A DNA stretch of 64,000 bases from Candidatus Gastranaerophilales bacterium (GTDB lineage: Bacteria > Cyanobacteriota > Vampirovibrionia > Gastranaerophilales > CALOAD01). How positions within the stretch are numbered: the stretch's first letter is position 1; each line of letters begins with the position of its first letter. Position numbers and translations under genes: made by a program. Positions 8,553 to 16,863 of the stretch are shown here, one piece after another. The notes under the pieces are model-generated. The model was not told the DNA's origin and did no database searches. It was given only the letters and a program-made list of their open reading frames with translations. The stretch spans positions 29,896-93,895 of the forward strand of contig CALOAD010000008.1 in the NCBI GenBank assembly GCA_942491415.1. Direction: 5' to 3'.

Positions 8553-10907
8553 TTACTTTTTTCTTAAACAGCATTTTTTATATTTTTTGCCACTTCCGCA
8601 AGGACATATATCATTGCGTCCTATTTTTTTCTTTGTATTTAATTTTTTCTGAAATCGTCTAGACTTAAGTAGCTCTACTTGAGAGTTGTATTTTTCTAAA
8701 TTTTCTTTATTTAGTTTCATTGTATATTTAACGATTTTAGAGTCATAAATTTTATTATTTTTATCAAAAGATAAAATTAGAGAAAGTCGCTCTTCCCTTT
8801 GTTGAATTATCATTGAAGGATATATAACATCATCCATTTCTTGTTGTGTCAAAAACGGTATGCCGTCTTGCTTGCAAAACATAGACATCCCAAATACTTC
8901 AAGATGCTTAGAGTGTCTTGAAATAAATTGTTCATTTAAAACTTGTTCAATTAAACTAATTATATGATTACGACCTGCTCCTGAAAAATCAAGTAATCTA
9001 CATATAGCTTCAGAAGACCACTTGTCTTGCTTTTCATTAACTATAGATAAAATATCTTTTAAAACAGGAGGCATCTCTTGTGCTGGTTTTATTGCCTCAT
9101 CTGGATAATGATTTAATGATAAATAATACTCATCAATCTTGTCTATATATGTGCCAAAAAAAGCTTTATCAAATTTATGTTCTTTTAAAAGCTCTTCAAT
9201 ATGCTGAACATATTTATTATGAGCAAAGTACATTCCTAAGTGATCTAATTCATCATTCAAATCAACAATATCAGATTGAGTTGCCAACATACGTTCTTTC
9301 AAAAAATGAGTAAATGTAATATCATTTTGAAATAAATCAGAGTAAACTCTTAATTCATCAATAGATAAAGACCAGGCTGGCTTATCTGGTATATTGAAGT
9401 CAACTTTTTTTAATAATGCGATATTATTTGCAAAAGTATTGAAGTTTTCTAATGAAATACTACATATAAAAATATTATCTATTTCATTATTTTTTAGTTT
9501 GAGTTTTACATTGCTATCTAAATCCTCTCTTTCATATAAAGAAATCTCAGAATTTTCATCTAAGATAGAGATAATTTTATCAGCTTGCTCAACTGGTGAT
9601 TCAAGTAATCTTTGAATAGAATCTTTATAAGAATTAAAATCTGAAAGAGGTGATTTTGTTTTAAATTTTCCTGCTTTTATTTCAAGAATAATTACATTTC
9701 CATCATAAATAATAATTCCATCATTTTCAGACCATTCATTTTTATACCTATAAAAATTTGAATCATAAAAAGATGCATTTGGTAAAATATTTTCAAATAA
9801 TTTAAAAGTAATAGATTGACATATTTTGCCTTGCTTCTTATTCCAGCTATCTCTATATGATGGTTTTTCTTGTAAAATAATATCTTCAAGATTTCTATAT
9901 ATATTATCAAACAAGTGTGATGTTTCAAAACAATAATATTTATTTTTATATTTCAAAAAAGGTTTAATCTTAATAGGAAGTTTTTTAAATGGTTGTCCTG
10001 AAAATTTGCCACTAAAAAATGTTTTATCTTTATTTGGCTCTAGTGAAAGAGCATCTAAAAGTTTTTCAGGTAATTCACATATTTTTTTTAAGTCGAAAAA
10101 ATCACAAGATTGTATTTTTGTTCCTGGTTCGTCAATATCGAAATCCAAATGTTTCTGTAATTCTTGTCTAACTTTTTCAATGTTTTCTATATCTTCAAGC
10201 TCATTTGCTATCTCATTAAATTTGTCATGAGTTTGCTTCAATAATTTCCATTGATTTAAATATCCTTGCTCTACAGAGTATTTAAGTTTTTTAAGCTCGT
10301 CAATTAATTTATCAAGTTCTATATCATAAAGCTCTTTGATAATATTTTTATGAGGTTGTAAAATTTCTTTTAAATGAATGAATTCAAAGTAAGCGTGTCT
10401 TTTACCACATACATTAATCCATTCCATTATAGTCATTGTTTTAAACTCATCAAAATTAAAATTATAGTCTGTTCGCTTTTTATTATGTTGAGATTGCGCA
10501 ATGGAATAAAATAGTGTTGAATTCATATAGATGGATTTAATCAGTTCAAATAGTTTTTTATATTCATTTTCATCTACAACAGTTTTTAAATTTACCTCTA
10601 ACTCAGAAGAAACTATTACACTTTGAACATAATCAATCATTCGTCTTGACATGTTTTCTTCCATAGACCACTCTGATTCAGAAATTTTTCCCACAGCAGA
10701 ACAAGCAAAATGTTCATATCCATATTTAAGTAAAGCTAATGGTTCATAACTTCTAATTATATACCTAGCTTCTATTACAGATTGCTGAAGCTGTTCTTCT
10801 ACAGTTTTTATATTAAATTGAGGTGAATACGCCATAAACCTACTCCACTCCAATGCTTCTGCCGTACCAAACAACTTTGCCGATGACCTTAATATCTTGG
10901 CTTTCAT
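8553..10907 (-). CDS. SEC-C motif protein with a possible PD-(D/E)xK nuclease core
   Basis: 784 aa. C-terminal [16 protein letters not shown] is a SEC-C metal-binding motif. The internal segment [22 protein letters not shown] has the D...E-x-K spacing of restriction-endonuclease-like folds. Confidence 0.75.
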   Translation of the reverse strand: MKAKILRSSAKLFGTAEALEWSRFMAYSPQFNIKTVEEQLQQSVIEARYIIRSYEPLALLKYGYEHFACSAVGKISESEWSMEENMSRRMIDYVQSVIVSSELEVNLKTVVDENEYKKLFELIKSIYMNSTLFYSIAQSQHNKKRTDYNFNFDEFKTMTIMEWINVCGKRHAYFEFIHLKEILQPHKNIIKELYDIELDKLIDELKKLKYSVEQGYLNQWKLLKQTHDKFNEIANELEDIENIEKVRQELQKHLDFDIDEPGTKIQSCDFFDLKKICELPEKLLDALSLEPNKDKTFFSGKFSGQPFKKLPIKIKPFLKYKNKYYCFETSHLFDNIYRNLEDIILQEKPSYRDSWNKKQGKICQSITFKLFENILPNASFYDSNFYRYKNEWSENDGIIIYDGNVIILEIKAGKFKTKSPLSDFNSYKDSIQRLLESPVEQADKIISILDENSEISLYEREDLDSNVKLKLKNNEIDNIFICSISLENFNTFANNIALLKKVDFNIPDKPAWSLSIDELRVYSDLFQNDITFTHFLKERMLATQSDIVDLNDELDHLGMYFAHNKYVQHIEELLKEHKFDKAFFGTYIDKIDEYYLSLNHYPDEAIKPAQEMPPVLKDILSIVNEKQDKWSSEAICRLLDFSGAGRNHIISLIEQVLNEQFISRHSKHLEVFGMSMFCKQDGIPFLTQQEMDDVIYPSMIIQQREERLSLILSFDKNNKIYDSKIVKYTMKLNKENLEKYNSQVELLKSRRFQKKLNTKKKIGRNDICPCGSGKKYKKCCLRKK

Positions 10908-11371
10908 CTGTTAGGTCGATAATATATGAATCATAGTTTTTGTTATCGCTGATTTTTTGCAGATTTATATTCATTTACTCCACTTGTAAGCCTTGTGCAT
11001 GCCTATTATAACGAAAAGATAATTCAAAATATATAATATACAAATAGTTATTACAAAATTATTTCATCTGCTTTATTAAGCTCCTCATTTGTATCTAACT
11101 CGATAATATTACCTTACACGCAGAAAAAAGGTCTAAATATGTTGTTTTGTGTTTTGCATCGATGAAGAGCAAACAAATATCGTTTGAAAGCCGTTCTAAA
11201 GCGTTTGAAATCACTCTAATAATCTTTTATGAGTTTAGACGTTGTAAATTGCTAAAAAACTCGTTCAACAGCTTCCTGCGATTTGAGTTGAGAAGTAAAA
11301 CCGTTCTCAAACTTCCATCATTTTCTGCAACCCCAAGCTATAATGCTAAAGCAGTGTAGAACAGGTGGCAT

Positions 11372-11710
11372 ATGAACAATCAAATTCTAAATGTGAATGA
11401 CAAATGGCTAGAGCTGAAAAAAGTTGCAGAATTAAAGAATGTAACCCCCAGAGGAATTCGCTTAGCAATTCAAAAAGGTAAATATATTTCACAAAGAGAC
11501 GTTGGTAATAGTTATAAAATATTACTTTCTAGTCTTGAACCTGATGTTCAGAACAAATATTTGAATGAATATTACATTAATATCGTAAGCTCTGAAACAT
11601 CACAATCACTTGCCATTATAGAAAATAAAAGACAAATTCCCCCTGTAAATACCCTGTTATTTAAAAATAAAAAGAGAATAGCACTACCAAAACTACAAGC
11701 ACCACCATAA
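11372..11710 (+). CDS. Small HTH DNA-binding protein, possibly an N-terminal fragment of a transposase/excisionase-like protein
   Basis: 112 aa. KWLELKKVAELKNVTPRGIRLAIQKGKY resembles the N-terminal HTH of Mu-type transposases and excisionases. Followed by a terminator. Confidence 0.4.
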   Translation: MNNQILNVNDKWLELKKVAELKNVTPRGIRLAIQKGKYISQRDVGNSYKILLSSLEPDVQNKYLNEYYINIVSSETSQSLAIIENKRQIPPVNTLLFKNKKRIALPKLQAPP

Positions 11711-11745
11711 AGCCGTCATCATTGCGATAGACGGCTTTCTTGTTT
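11710..11745 (+). terminator. Intrinsic terminator
   Basis: agccgtc ... gacggct hairpin followed by ttcttgttt. Confidence 0.6.
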
Positions 11746-11770
11746 GAAAAAGACCACTGTATGGGTGATT

Positions 11771-11811
11771 ATAAAGGGTCAGATGGTTTCATAAAAACGC
11801 TCACATAGTAT
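11771..11811 (+). repeat. Island direct repeat, copy R3 (matches the right half of R2)
   Basis: ataaagggtcagatggtttcataaaaacgctcacatagtat, 37/41 identical to 8383-8423. Confidence 0.7.
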
Positions 11812-11814
11812 TGA

Positions 11815-11968
11815 AAAAATAATTAGGTTATTTGAATTTCATAATAGTCCACACCCGTATCACAGAAAACATATTTTATGGATGTCGGGCATGTTTTTTT
11901 ATGTAGAATGCTAGTGCTTTAATGTCCTTGCCGTCTGACAGGCTGAGAATGTGATACTCTTTAGGCAT
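11815..11968 (-). pseudogene. Decayed 5' remnant of a PAPS-reductase-family gene (same family as P1-P4 at 48.9-58.5 kb)
   Basis: The minus strand from the ATG at 11968 reads MPKEYHILSLSDGKDIKALAFYIKK, then after a 2-nt loss MPDIH, then after about 8 nt lost YVFCDTGVD. Compare P2: KEYHILSLSGGKDSTALAFYIKENMPDIHEKIEYVFCDTGVD. Nucleotide similarity is visible across about 150 bp and is truncated at repeat R3. Confidence 0.75.
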
Positions 11969-13193
11969 TTGTAATCTCCCTGACTAAAGCCAATTGCTGA
12001 GGCTTTGAAAGCTTTTTAACAGCCTTATAAACACTATTTAAAACCTTGTCAAAATCGATTGAGTTCTTGCCTGTAAGATTTTCTAATCCTTGCGTTTTAA
12101 TAGCAATTTCTTTAATTTTCTGCTTAAAATCAGCAAGGTCATTATCGCACCAATCTTTTGGCACTCGCTTTTTATTCACTACGGTTGCAACTCTTTCTAA
12201 CCAACGATTATAAGGCAGGTCATCGATTAAGATATTATTAGCAAAAATCTTTAATTCATCATTTGAAATATATTCAAAGATATTTTTAAACTTAGTTTCT
12301 AATGCCTCTTTATCCGCTACTTTAATGCTTAGCGACTCAAACAAAAAGCTTTCAATCTCTTGTATAAGCGAGTTATAGCAAGAGTCCATTTCATCAAATG
12401 ATTGTTTTAATTCATCAATACTAAATCTTTTTAAATCTCTAAAAATAAGGGCGTGTGGTTCTTTGGCATTCATTATAATATTTCGCACTCGTTCTGTGGT
12501 TTTGGTTAGGATTGTGGTTTGTTTGGTAAATTTTTCCAATTCTCTAACTTTGACTACAATCCCTTTGACCAAGTGAAGTAGATTTGAAGTGTTTTCTTTT
12601 AAAAGAGTTTCTGATAAAAGCTCAATATACTTTCGCTTTTCACCATCAAAAATATTCTTTTGAAGCTCAAAGTTTTGAGGATTAGCCATTAGTCTATCAA
12701 ATAAAAGCGGAGTAATTTCTAGTGAAAAAGCATTTTTCTCATAAAGTGAAACTTTATCACCTTGCTTCAATAAAACATCAAGCAATAAAAGCGAAATAAT
12801 TGTTTTTGTCAGGCCGTATGGTTCACTTGATAGTTTTGTATAAAGCTCTTGGATATTCGATTTTACTTCAGCCCTGTGGATAAATATCTCAATTTCATCT
12901 CTAATGCATTTAATTTTAACATCTTTTCTAAAAAGCTCTTGAACCATTGCAAGCTCAACACTATTAGCTTTTAAATCTTTATCTTCAATTAAGTGTTTAA
13001 TTACTTCTCTAATAGCCTTAGTACCTGTTGCAGGTGGTTTATTCTGAGTTAAATATTCATTTTTAAAACTTGGGCATCTATCATATTTTTTGTCGAAATA
13101 ATTAGAAATCTCAGGTTGAGATAAATCCTCATCGCCTTCATATATTCTCGTAAAACCTGTTTCAATTAAATGTCGTTTTGCTAGTAGTGTCAT
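11961..13193 (-). CDS. Hypothetical protein (helical, 410 aa) directly upstream of the PAPS-reductase remnant
   Basis: Long ORF. Its stop at 11961-11963 lies 2 nt before the remnant ATG (11968). No motif I can name with confidence. Confidence 0.65.
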   Translation of the reverse strand: MTLLAKRHLIETGFTRIYEGDEDLSQPEISNYFDKKYDRCPSFKNEYLTQNKPPATGTKAIREVIKHLIEDKDLKANSVELAMVQELFRKDVKIKCIRDEIEIFIHRAEVKSNIQELYTKLSSEPYGLTKTIISLLLLDVLLKQGDKVSLYEKNAFSLEITPLLFDRLMANPQNFELQKNIFDGEKRKYIELLSETLLKENTSNLLHLVKGIVVKVRELEKFTKQTTILTKTTERVRNIIMNAKEPHALIFRDLKRFSIDELKQSFDEMDSCYNSLIQEIESFLFESLSIKVADKEALETKFKNIFEYISNDELKIFANNILIDDLPYNRWLERVATVVNKKRVPKDWCDNDLADFKQKIKEIAIKTQGLENLTGKNSIDFDKVLNSVYKAVKKLSKPQQLALVREITNA

Positions 13194-13251
13194 TAAAATT
13201 CCTTTCTTACATTTAGATAGTAGATGTAAGATAAAATTAATGACTATAAAT

Positions 13252-13503
13252 TTATTTATTTAAATCGCACCACTTTTTTTCTTCATTCCATTTCCAATTG
13301 TATTTTAGACAATTTTCTTTGGTTATTTTTACTTTTCCGTATTCAGTATTTACTTCTAACCCTTCAATACACTTGCCTGTATCCAAACAGTAATCTTTAT
13401 CATCAAAGAGTATAGTTGATCCAATAAAAATCAATATAATGGGAACTAAAATAATAATAAGTGATATAACAAATTTTTTCATAGTATTAATTTTATCATA
13501 CAA
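13252..13503 (-). CDS. Small membrane-anchored Cys-containing protein (candidate immunity/partner of the upstream gene)
   Basis: 83 aa with TM segment FVISLIIILVPIILIFIGSTILF followed by a 4-Cys ectodomain. Starts 9 nt after the MuF/SAA gene. Confidence 0.55.
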   Translation of the reverse strand: MYDKINTMKKFVISLIIILVPIILIFIGSTILFDDKDYCLDTGKCIEGLEVNTEYGKVKITKENCLKYNWKWNEEKKWCDLNK

Positions 13504-13512
13504 ATCAAATTA

Positions 13513-14169
13513 CTAATACTTATCAGGCAAGCCTTTAGGTCTTTCGCCTGGGTACATATCTCCGCAATCACCATCAGGATTGTCTTGTCCACATTCTCTA
13601 CCGGCTTTGTTTGCTTCCATATCTTCTTTAGCGTCTTCGATTTGCTCTATAAGGTCATAACCTTTAAATATTACATTATTTGCGCCTTCAATTAGCTCTC
13701 TGGCTAAACTGAGTGCTTCTGCAATTTTTTCCTGATCTCTTTGTGCTGCTTCGCAATTAGCCTTAAAGTGAAAATATTTATCAGCCCCAATAGTATTTGC
13801 TTCTTTCATGTCTTGATAATTTGAAGCAAAATCCCCTAGGGCATTATCCCAAGTTGCTATTTCTGAAATTATCCCGTTTACAGCACCTGAAAAAAATTCT
13901 CCCGCAGAAGATTGAAGTTCACTGACTAAATCACTTAACTCAGATTGAGCACTTTGAGTATCGCCTACAGCTTCATCAATTGCACTATAATCAGGCTCAT
14001 ACTCACAAGGTTGAGCATAAACTTCTTTTACTGCACAATCACAATTAGGATGAGGTCTATCAGGAGCATCTTCAGGATTCTTAAATTGAGTTCCGTTTAA
14101 TGCCTGACAAGCATCGCAAGAATCTCCACCTGCTTCCCATTCATAATGATCAATTATTTGTTCTTCCAT
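13513..14169 (-). CDS. Phage MuF C-terminal motif + serum amyloid A-like domain protein
   Basis: 218 aa. N-terminus: WEAGGDSCDACQALNGTQF...PHPNCDC (MuF/SPP1 gp7-type C-x2-C...HPNC-x-C). C-terminus: DMKEANTIGADKYFHFKANCEAAQR...ARELIEG...EANKAGR...PKGLPDKY aligns with vertebrate SAA [25 protein letters not shown]...ARENIQR...AANEWGR...PAGLPEKY, including the terminal GLP-x-KY. Confidence 0.8.
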   Translation of the reverse strand: MEEQIIDHYEWEAGGDSCDACQALNGTQFKNPEDAPDRPHPNCDCAVKEVYAQPCEYEPDYSAIDEAVGDTQSAQSELSDLVSELQSSAGEFFSGAVNGIISEIATWDNALGDFASNYQDMKEANTIGADKYFHFKANCEAAQRDQEKIAEALSLARELIEGANNVIFKGYDLIEQIEDAKEDMEANKAGRECGQDNPDGDCGDMYPGERPKGLPDKY

Positions 14170-14172
14170 TTT

Positions 14173-14718
14173 TTAGCTCCATTTCATTTTTAAATTATCT
14201 AAAACTTTATTTACTTTTCTTTCCGTATTAATCCTACGGTTATCTTTTGTGTCAAAAATTATATTATTTACTGCTCCACGCTTAATATATTTTTTAATAA
14301 CTCCTAGAGTGTAATGCTTTGATAGTTCAATTAATCGTGCTTTGGTTTTGTCTCCAAAGTCACCATCATATTTTACTTTCCAGCCTTTATTTGCAGCAGA
14401 AATAGCTTTCCCTTTATTTAAAAGATTAATACCCCTTTGAACATCCTTTATTGCTTGTTCTTTTCCAACATCTGCAATATGCTCTTCAATAAAGTTTAAA
14501 ATTTCTTGTGCTCTAGGACATGTCGCTAACTTGTGTTCTACTTCTTGTTTTGATGTTTCGACTTTTTGATTTTGCTGAACTTGTTTTTGACTTAATTCAT
14601 TGGAAAATGGTATTCCGCTACTACGCATTTGCTCCATAATTTCATTTTCTTTTGAAGAGAATTCATCTGATGTCATTTGGTCAATGAATTCTCGAGTGTA
14701 AATTCGTTTGTTTTTCAT
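14173..14718 (-). CDS. Hypothetical protein with peptidoglycan-binding-like motif
   Basis: 181 aa. VQRGINLL...YDGDFGDKTKARL resembles the PG_binding_1 signature (DG-x-FG-x-x-T). Confidence 0.5.
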   Translation of the reverse strand: MKNKRIYTREFIDQMTSDEFSSKENEIMEQMRSSGIPFSNELSQKQVQQNQKVETSKQEVEHKLATCPRAQEILNFIEEHIADVGKEQAIKDVQRGINLLNKGKAISAANKGWKVKYDGDFGDKTKARLIELSKHYTLGVIKKYIKRGAVNNIIFDTKDNRRINTERKVNKVLDNLKMKWS

Positions 14719-15158
14719 TTAATATTCCTTTCTATTTTATATTTTTTGCCATCAAATTTAATTAACCCCAATTCAAAAAATGGATTTTCAGGAGCATATT
14801 CTGAGTACATTTTTAGAAAGGCTTTAACGTCACGACTTATAGCTCTATCTGAAGCATCCTTAAATGTTTCTTTACAAGCTTCTATAAGCTTTTCCAATGA
14901 AAAAGAACTTTTCATTTTTGAAAAAGTAAACATCCACACCGGTAGTTCTAAAATCTGTTTATGCAGATTTTCAATACTTTTCAGGTCTTCCAAGTAGGGG
15001 TCTTCTTTTAAAATGCTTAAATCAAAAACGCTTTTCCAAAATTTTAAGCTATTGATTTTTGTTTTTCCAAGACCTGAATAATCTTCTTCTAGCATCCTTT
15101 TGAAATCTCTAAGGCAAGGATAATGCCCTTGGCTTCTGCCAATGGTGTTAATAGTCAT
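14715..15158 (-). CDS. Hypothetical protein (first gene of the island operon)
   Basis: 147 aa with a 4-nt overlap with the next gene. Preceded by two perfect palindromic sites. Confidence 0.55.
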   Translation of the reverse strand: MTINTIGRSQGHYPCLRDFKRMLEEDYSGLGKTKINSLKFWKSVFDLSILKEDPYLEDLKSIENLHKQILELPVWMFTFSKMKSSFSLEKLIEACKETFKDASDRAISRDVKAFLKMYSEYAPENPFFELGLIKFDGKKYKIERNIK

Positions 15159-15204
15159 TTGATTTTCTCCGTAAGTTCTAGTATAAAAATGTGGTAATAA
15201 TATA

Positions 15205-15220
15205 GTAAACTTCTGTTTAC
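15205..15220. promoter_or_regulatory. Candidate operator GTAAAC-ttct-GTTTAC
   Basis: Perfect 6+4+6 palindrome about 50 bp upstream of the start at 15158. Confidence 0.55.
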
Positions 15221-15250
15221 TTTTTTAGAATATCACATGACTTTATTTTT

Positions 15251-15266
15251 GTAAACCCTTGTTTAC
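15251..15266. promoter_or_regulatory. Candidate operator GTAAAC-cctt-GTTTAC
   Basis: Second perfect palindrome, 46 bp centre-to-centre from the first. Confidence 0.55.
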
Positions 15267-15369
15267 TTATTCGGTCTTTATGCTAAAATTAAATTAATGA
15301 GTATCTAAACTCATCGCCAGAGCAAACTCTAGAAATTGGGGTAAGGTCAAAGCTATAATTTAAATTTTT

Positions 15370-16029
15370 TTATAGACATTTTGTCAAAAAACTTTTTCTA
15401 TGCCATTTTGTTTGACCATGGTTACGAATGGCTTCAAGGTGTGCAGGTGTCGGATATCCCTTGTTTTTATGCCAATCATATACGGGATGTTTTTCAGCAA
15501 GCTCTATCATAAGTTTATCTCGGGAAACTTTTGCTAATATACTTGCTGCAGCTATAGAGGCGGATTGAGAATCGCCTTTTATAATTCCTACTTGTTTTAC
15601 TTTCATATTTTTTATTGTAAATCTACCATCTACAAGGATTTTAGGTGAAACTTCCTCTTTTGTATTTTTTTGAATTTGATTTATAACCTCTTGTGAAGCT
15701 TTACCCATTGCGATTAAAGACGCCTGAAGTATATTATGCTTTTCTATTTCTTGAATCGAGCACTGTTGAACACTATAAATAGCATTGCCCACAACTATTT
15801 CATAAAGCTCGTTTCGTTTTTTAGCGCTTAATTTTTTTGAATCATTTAAGTTCATAAGCGATTCTTTTAATTTTTTATTAAGTTTAGGAAAATACACAGC
15901 CGCAGCTACTACAGGACCTGCAACGGGTCCTCGACCTGCCTCATCAGTTCCTATTAAAACATGACCTTTGCCGTATTGACGGTCAAATTTAATCAAATCA
16001 GTTATTATTGATTTCCGAGTAGGTGTCAA
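15370..16029 (-). CDS. rnhB: Ribonuclease HII
   Basis: 219 aa with GTDEAGRGPVAGPVVAAAV, DSKKLS and the C-terminal YPT..H motif. Confidence 0.93.
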   Translation of the reverse strand: MTPTRKSIITDLIKFDRQYGKGHVLIGTDEAGRGPVAGPVVAAAVYFPKLNKKLKESLMNLNDSKKLSAKKRNELYEIVVGNAIYSVQQCSIQEIEKHNILQASLIAMGKASQEVINQIQKNTKEEVSPKILVDGRFTIKNMKVKQVGIIKGDSQSASIAAASILAKVSRDKLMIELAEKHPVYDWHKNKGYPTPAHLEAIRNHGQTKWHRKSFLTKCL

Positions 16030-16858
16030 GAGTAACCCTCCCTATACGCCCATGCCGGAAGTCCGACAATATAAGAGACGCACATCTATTAATATCAGGA
16101 ATCCCCCCCATTAAAACAAGGTTTCTTGCTTGCGCCACATCTTCCAAGGAAGGTGCTTTGGTAATATCTTGAAGGTTATAGTGATTAAGCATAAGCTCAG
16201 GGTATTTTTCATAAAGCATTTCCAGCAAATCCTTGGCAACTTCAAGGTTGTCATAGGCATTTTCGCTGACGGAATTAACCACTGCCAATTTAGTTGCTGC
16301 TATTTGGTCTTCCAGCTTCATAGGAATAATTCCCGGTGTATCAAGAAGCTCCAGTTTTGGATTTATCCTTACCCATTGAGAAGTCCTTGTTACTCCTGCT
16401 TTTGAGCCTACTTTTGTTTTGCTTTTTCTGATCAATTTGTTTATAACGCTGGATTTTCCAACATTTGGCATTCCTATTACCATAGCTCTTACAGGTCTTG
16501 GTAATAACCCCTTAGCCACTAATTGAGCTATTTTATCTTTTCCCAAATTTACAGCAGCACTTACAAGAGAAGACAGATCCTTCGTTGAGCTAGCTCTAGT
16601 GGTGATTACGGTGAGGTTTGTTACCTTCGCCAGGTAATCTCTCCACTTTTCGCTTTGTTGAGGATCTGCCAAATCTGATTTATTTAAAACAAGCAATCTG
16701 GGTTTACTCCCAATCAGCTTATCTATTTCTATATACTTACTACTCAAGGGTATTCTTGCATCTACAACCTCTATAACAACGTCAACAAGGTTTATCTGCT
16801 CTTTTAATTTTCTTTCGGCTTTTGCTATATGACCGGGATACCATTGAATAATAGCCAT
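15998..16858 (-). CDS. rbgA: Ribosome biogenesis GTPase A (YlqF/RbgA)
   Basis: 286 aa with a circularly permuted GTPase: N-terminal QWYPGHIAKA, LNKSDL (G4) before GMPNVGKSS (G1). Confidence 0.9.
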   Translation of the reverse strand: MAIIQWYPGHIAKAERKLKEQINLVDVVIEVVDARIPLSSKYIEIDKLIGSKPRLLVLNKSDLADPQQSEKWRDYLAKVTNLTVITTRASSTKDLSSLVSAAVNLGKDKIAQLVAKGLLPRPVRAMVIGMPNVGKSSVINKLIRKSKTKVGSKAGVTRTSQWVRINPKLELLDTPGIIPMKLEDQIAATKLAVVNSVSENAYDNLEVAKDLLEMLYEKYPELMLNHYNLQDITKAPSLEDVAQARNLVLMGGIPDINRCASLILSDFRHGRIGRVTLDTYSEINNN

Positions 16859-16863
16859 AATAT

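Larger units (their letters stand above)
6791..15369. other. tRNA-Ala-proximal accessory island (mosaic, no integrase present)
   Basis: Lies between the tRNA terminator and rnhB. Contains Fic, SEC-C/nuclease-like, an HTH fragment, a gene remnant, the MuF/SAA protein and three direct repeat copies. All CDS lack housekeeping identity. Confidence 0.5.

Noticed and set aside
10908-10980. Small ~44-codon minus-strand ORF (MNINLQKISDNKNYD...) overlapping the start of the SEC-C gene.
   Set aside because: It is too short and unsupported. It may indicate that the true SEC-C gene start is a downstream Met, but I cannot decide this from sequence alone.
11147-11359. 70-aa plus-strand ORF upstream of the HTH ORF; the opposite strand also gives protein-like fragments.
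   Set aside because: It has no recognisable family, is interrupted by stops on both strands, and is probably debris of a decayed gene.
6868-11811. R1-R3 repeats as integron attC sites.
   Set aside because: There is no integrase, the repeats lack the paired R''/L''-L'/R' inverted core sites, and the enclosed modules contain more than one ORF with their own terminators.
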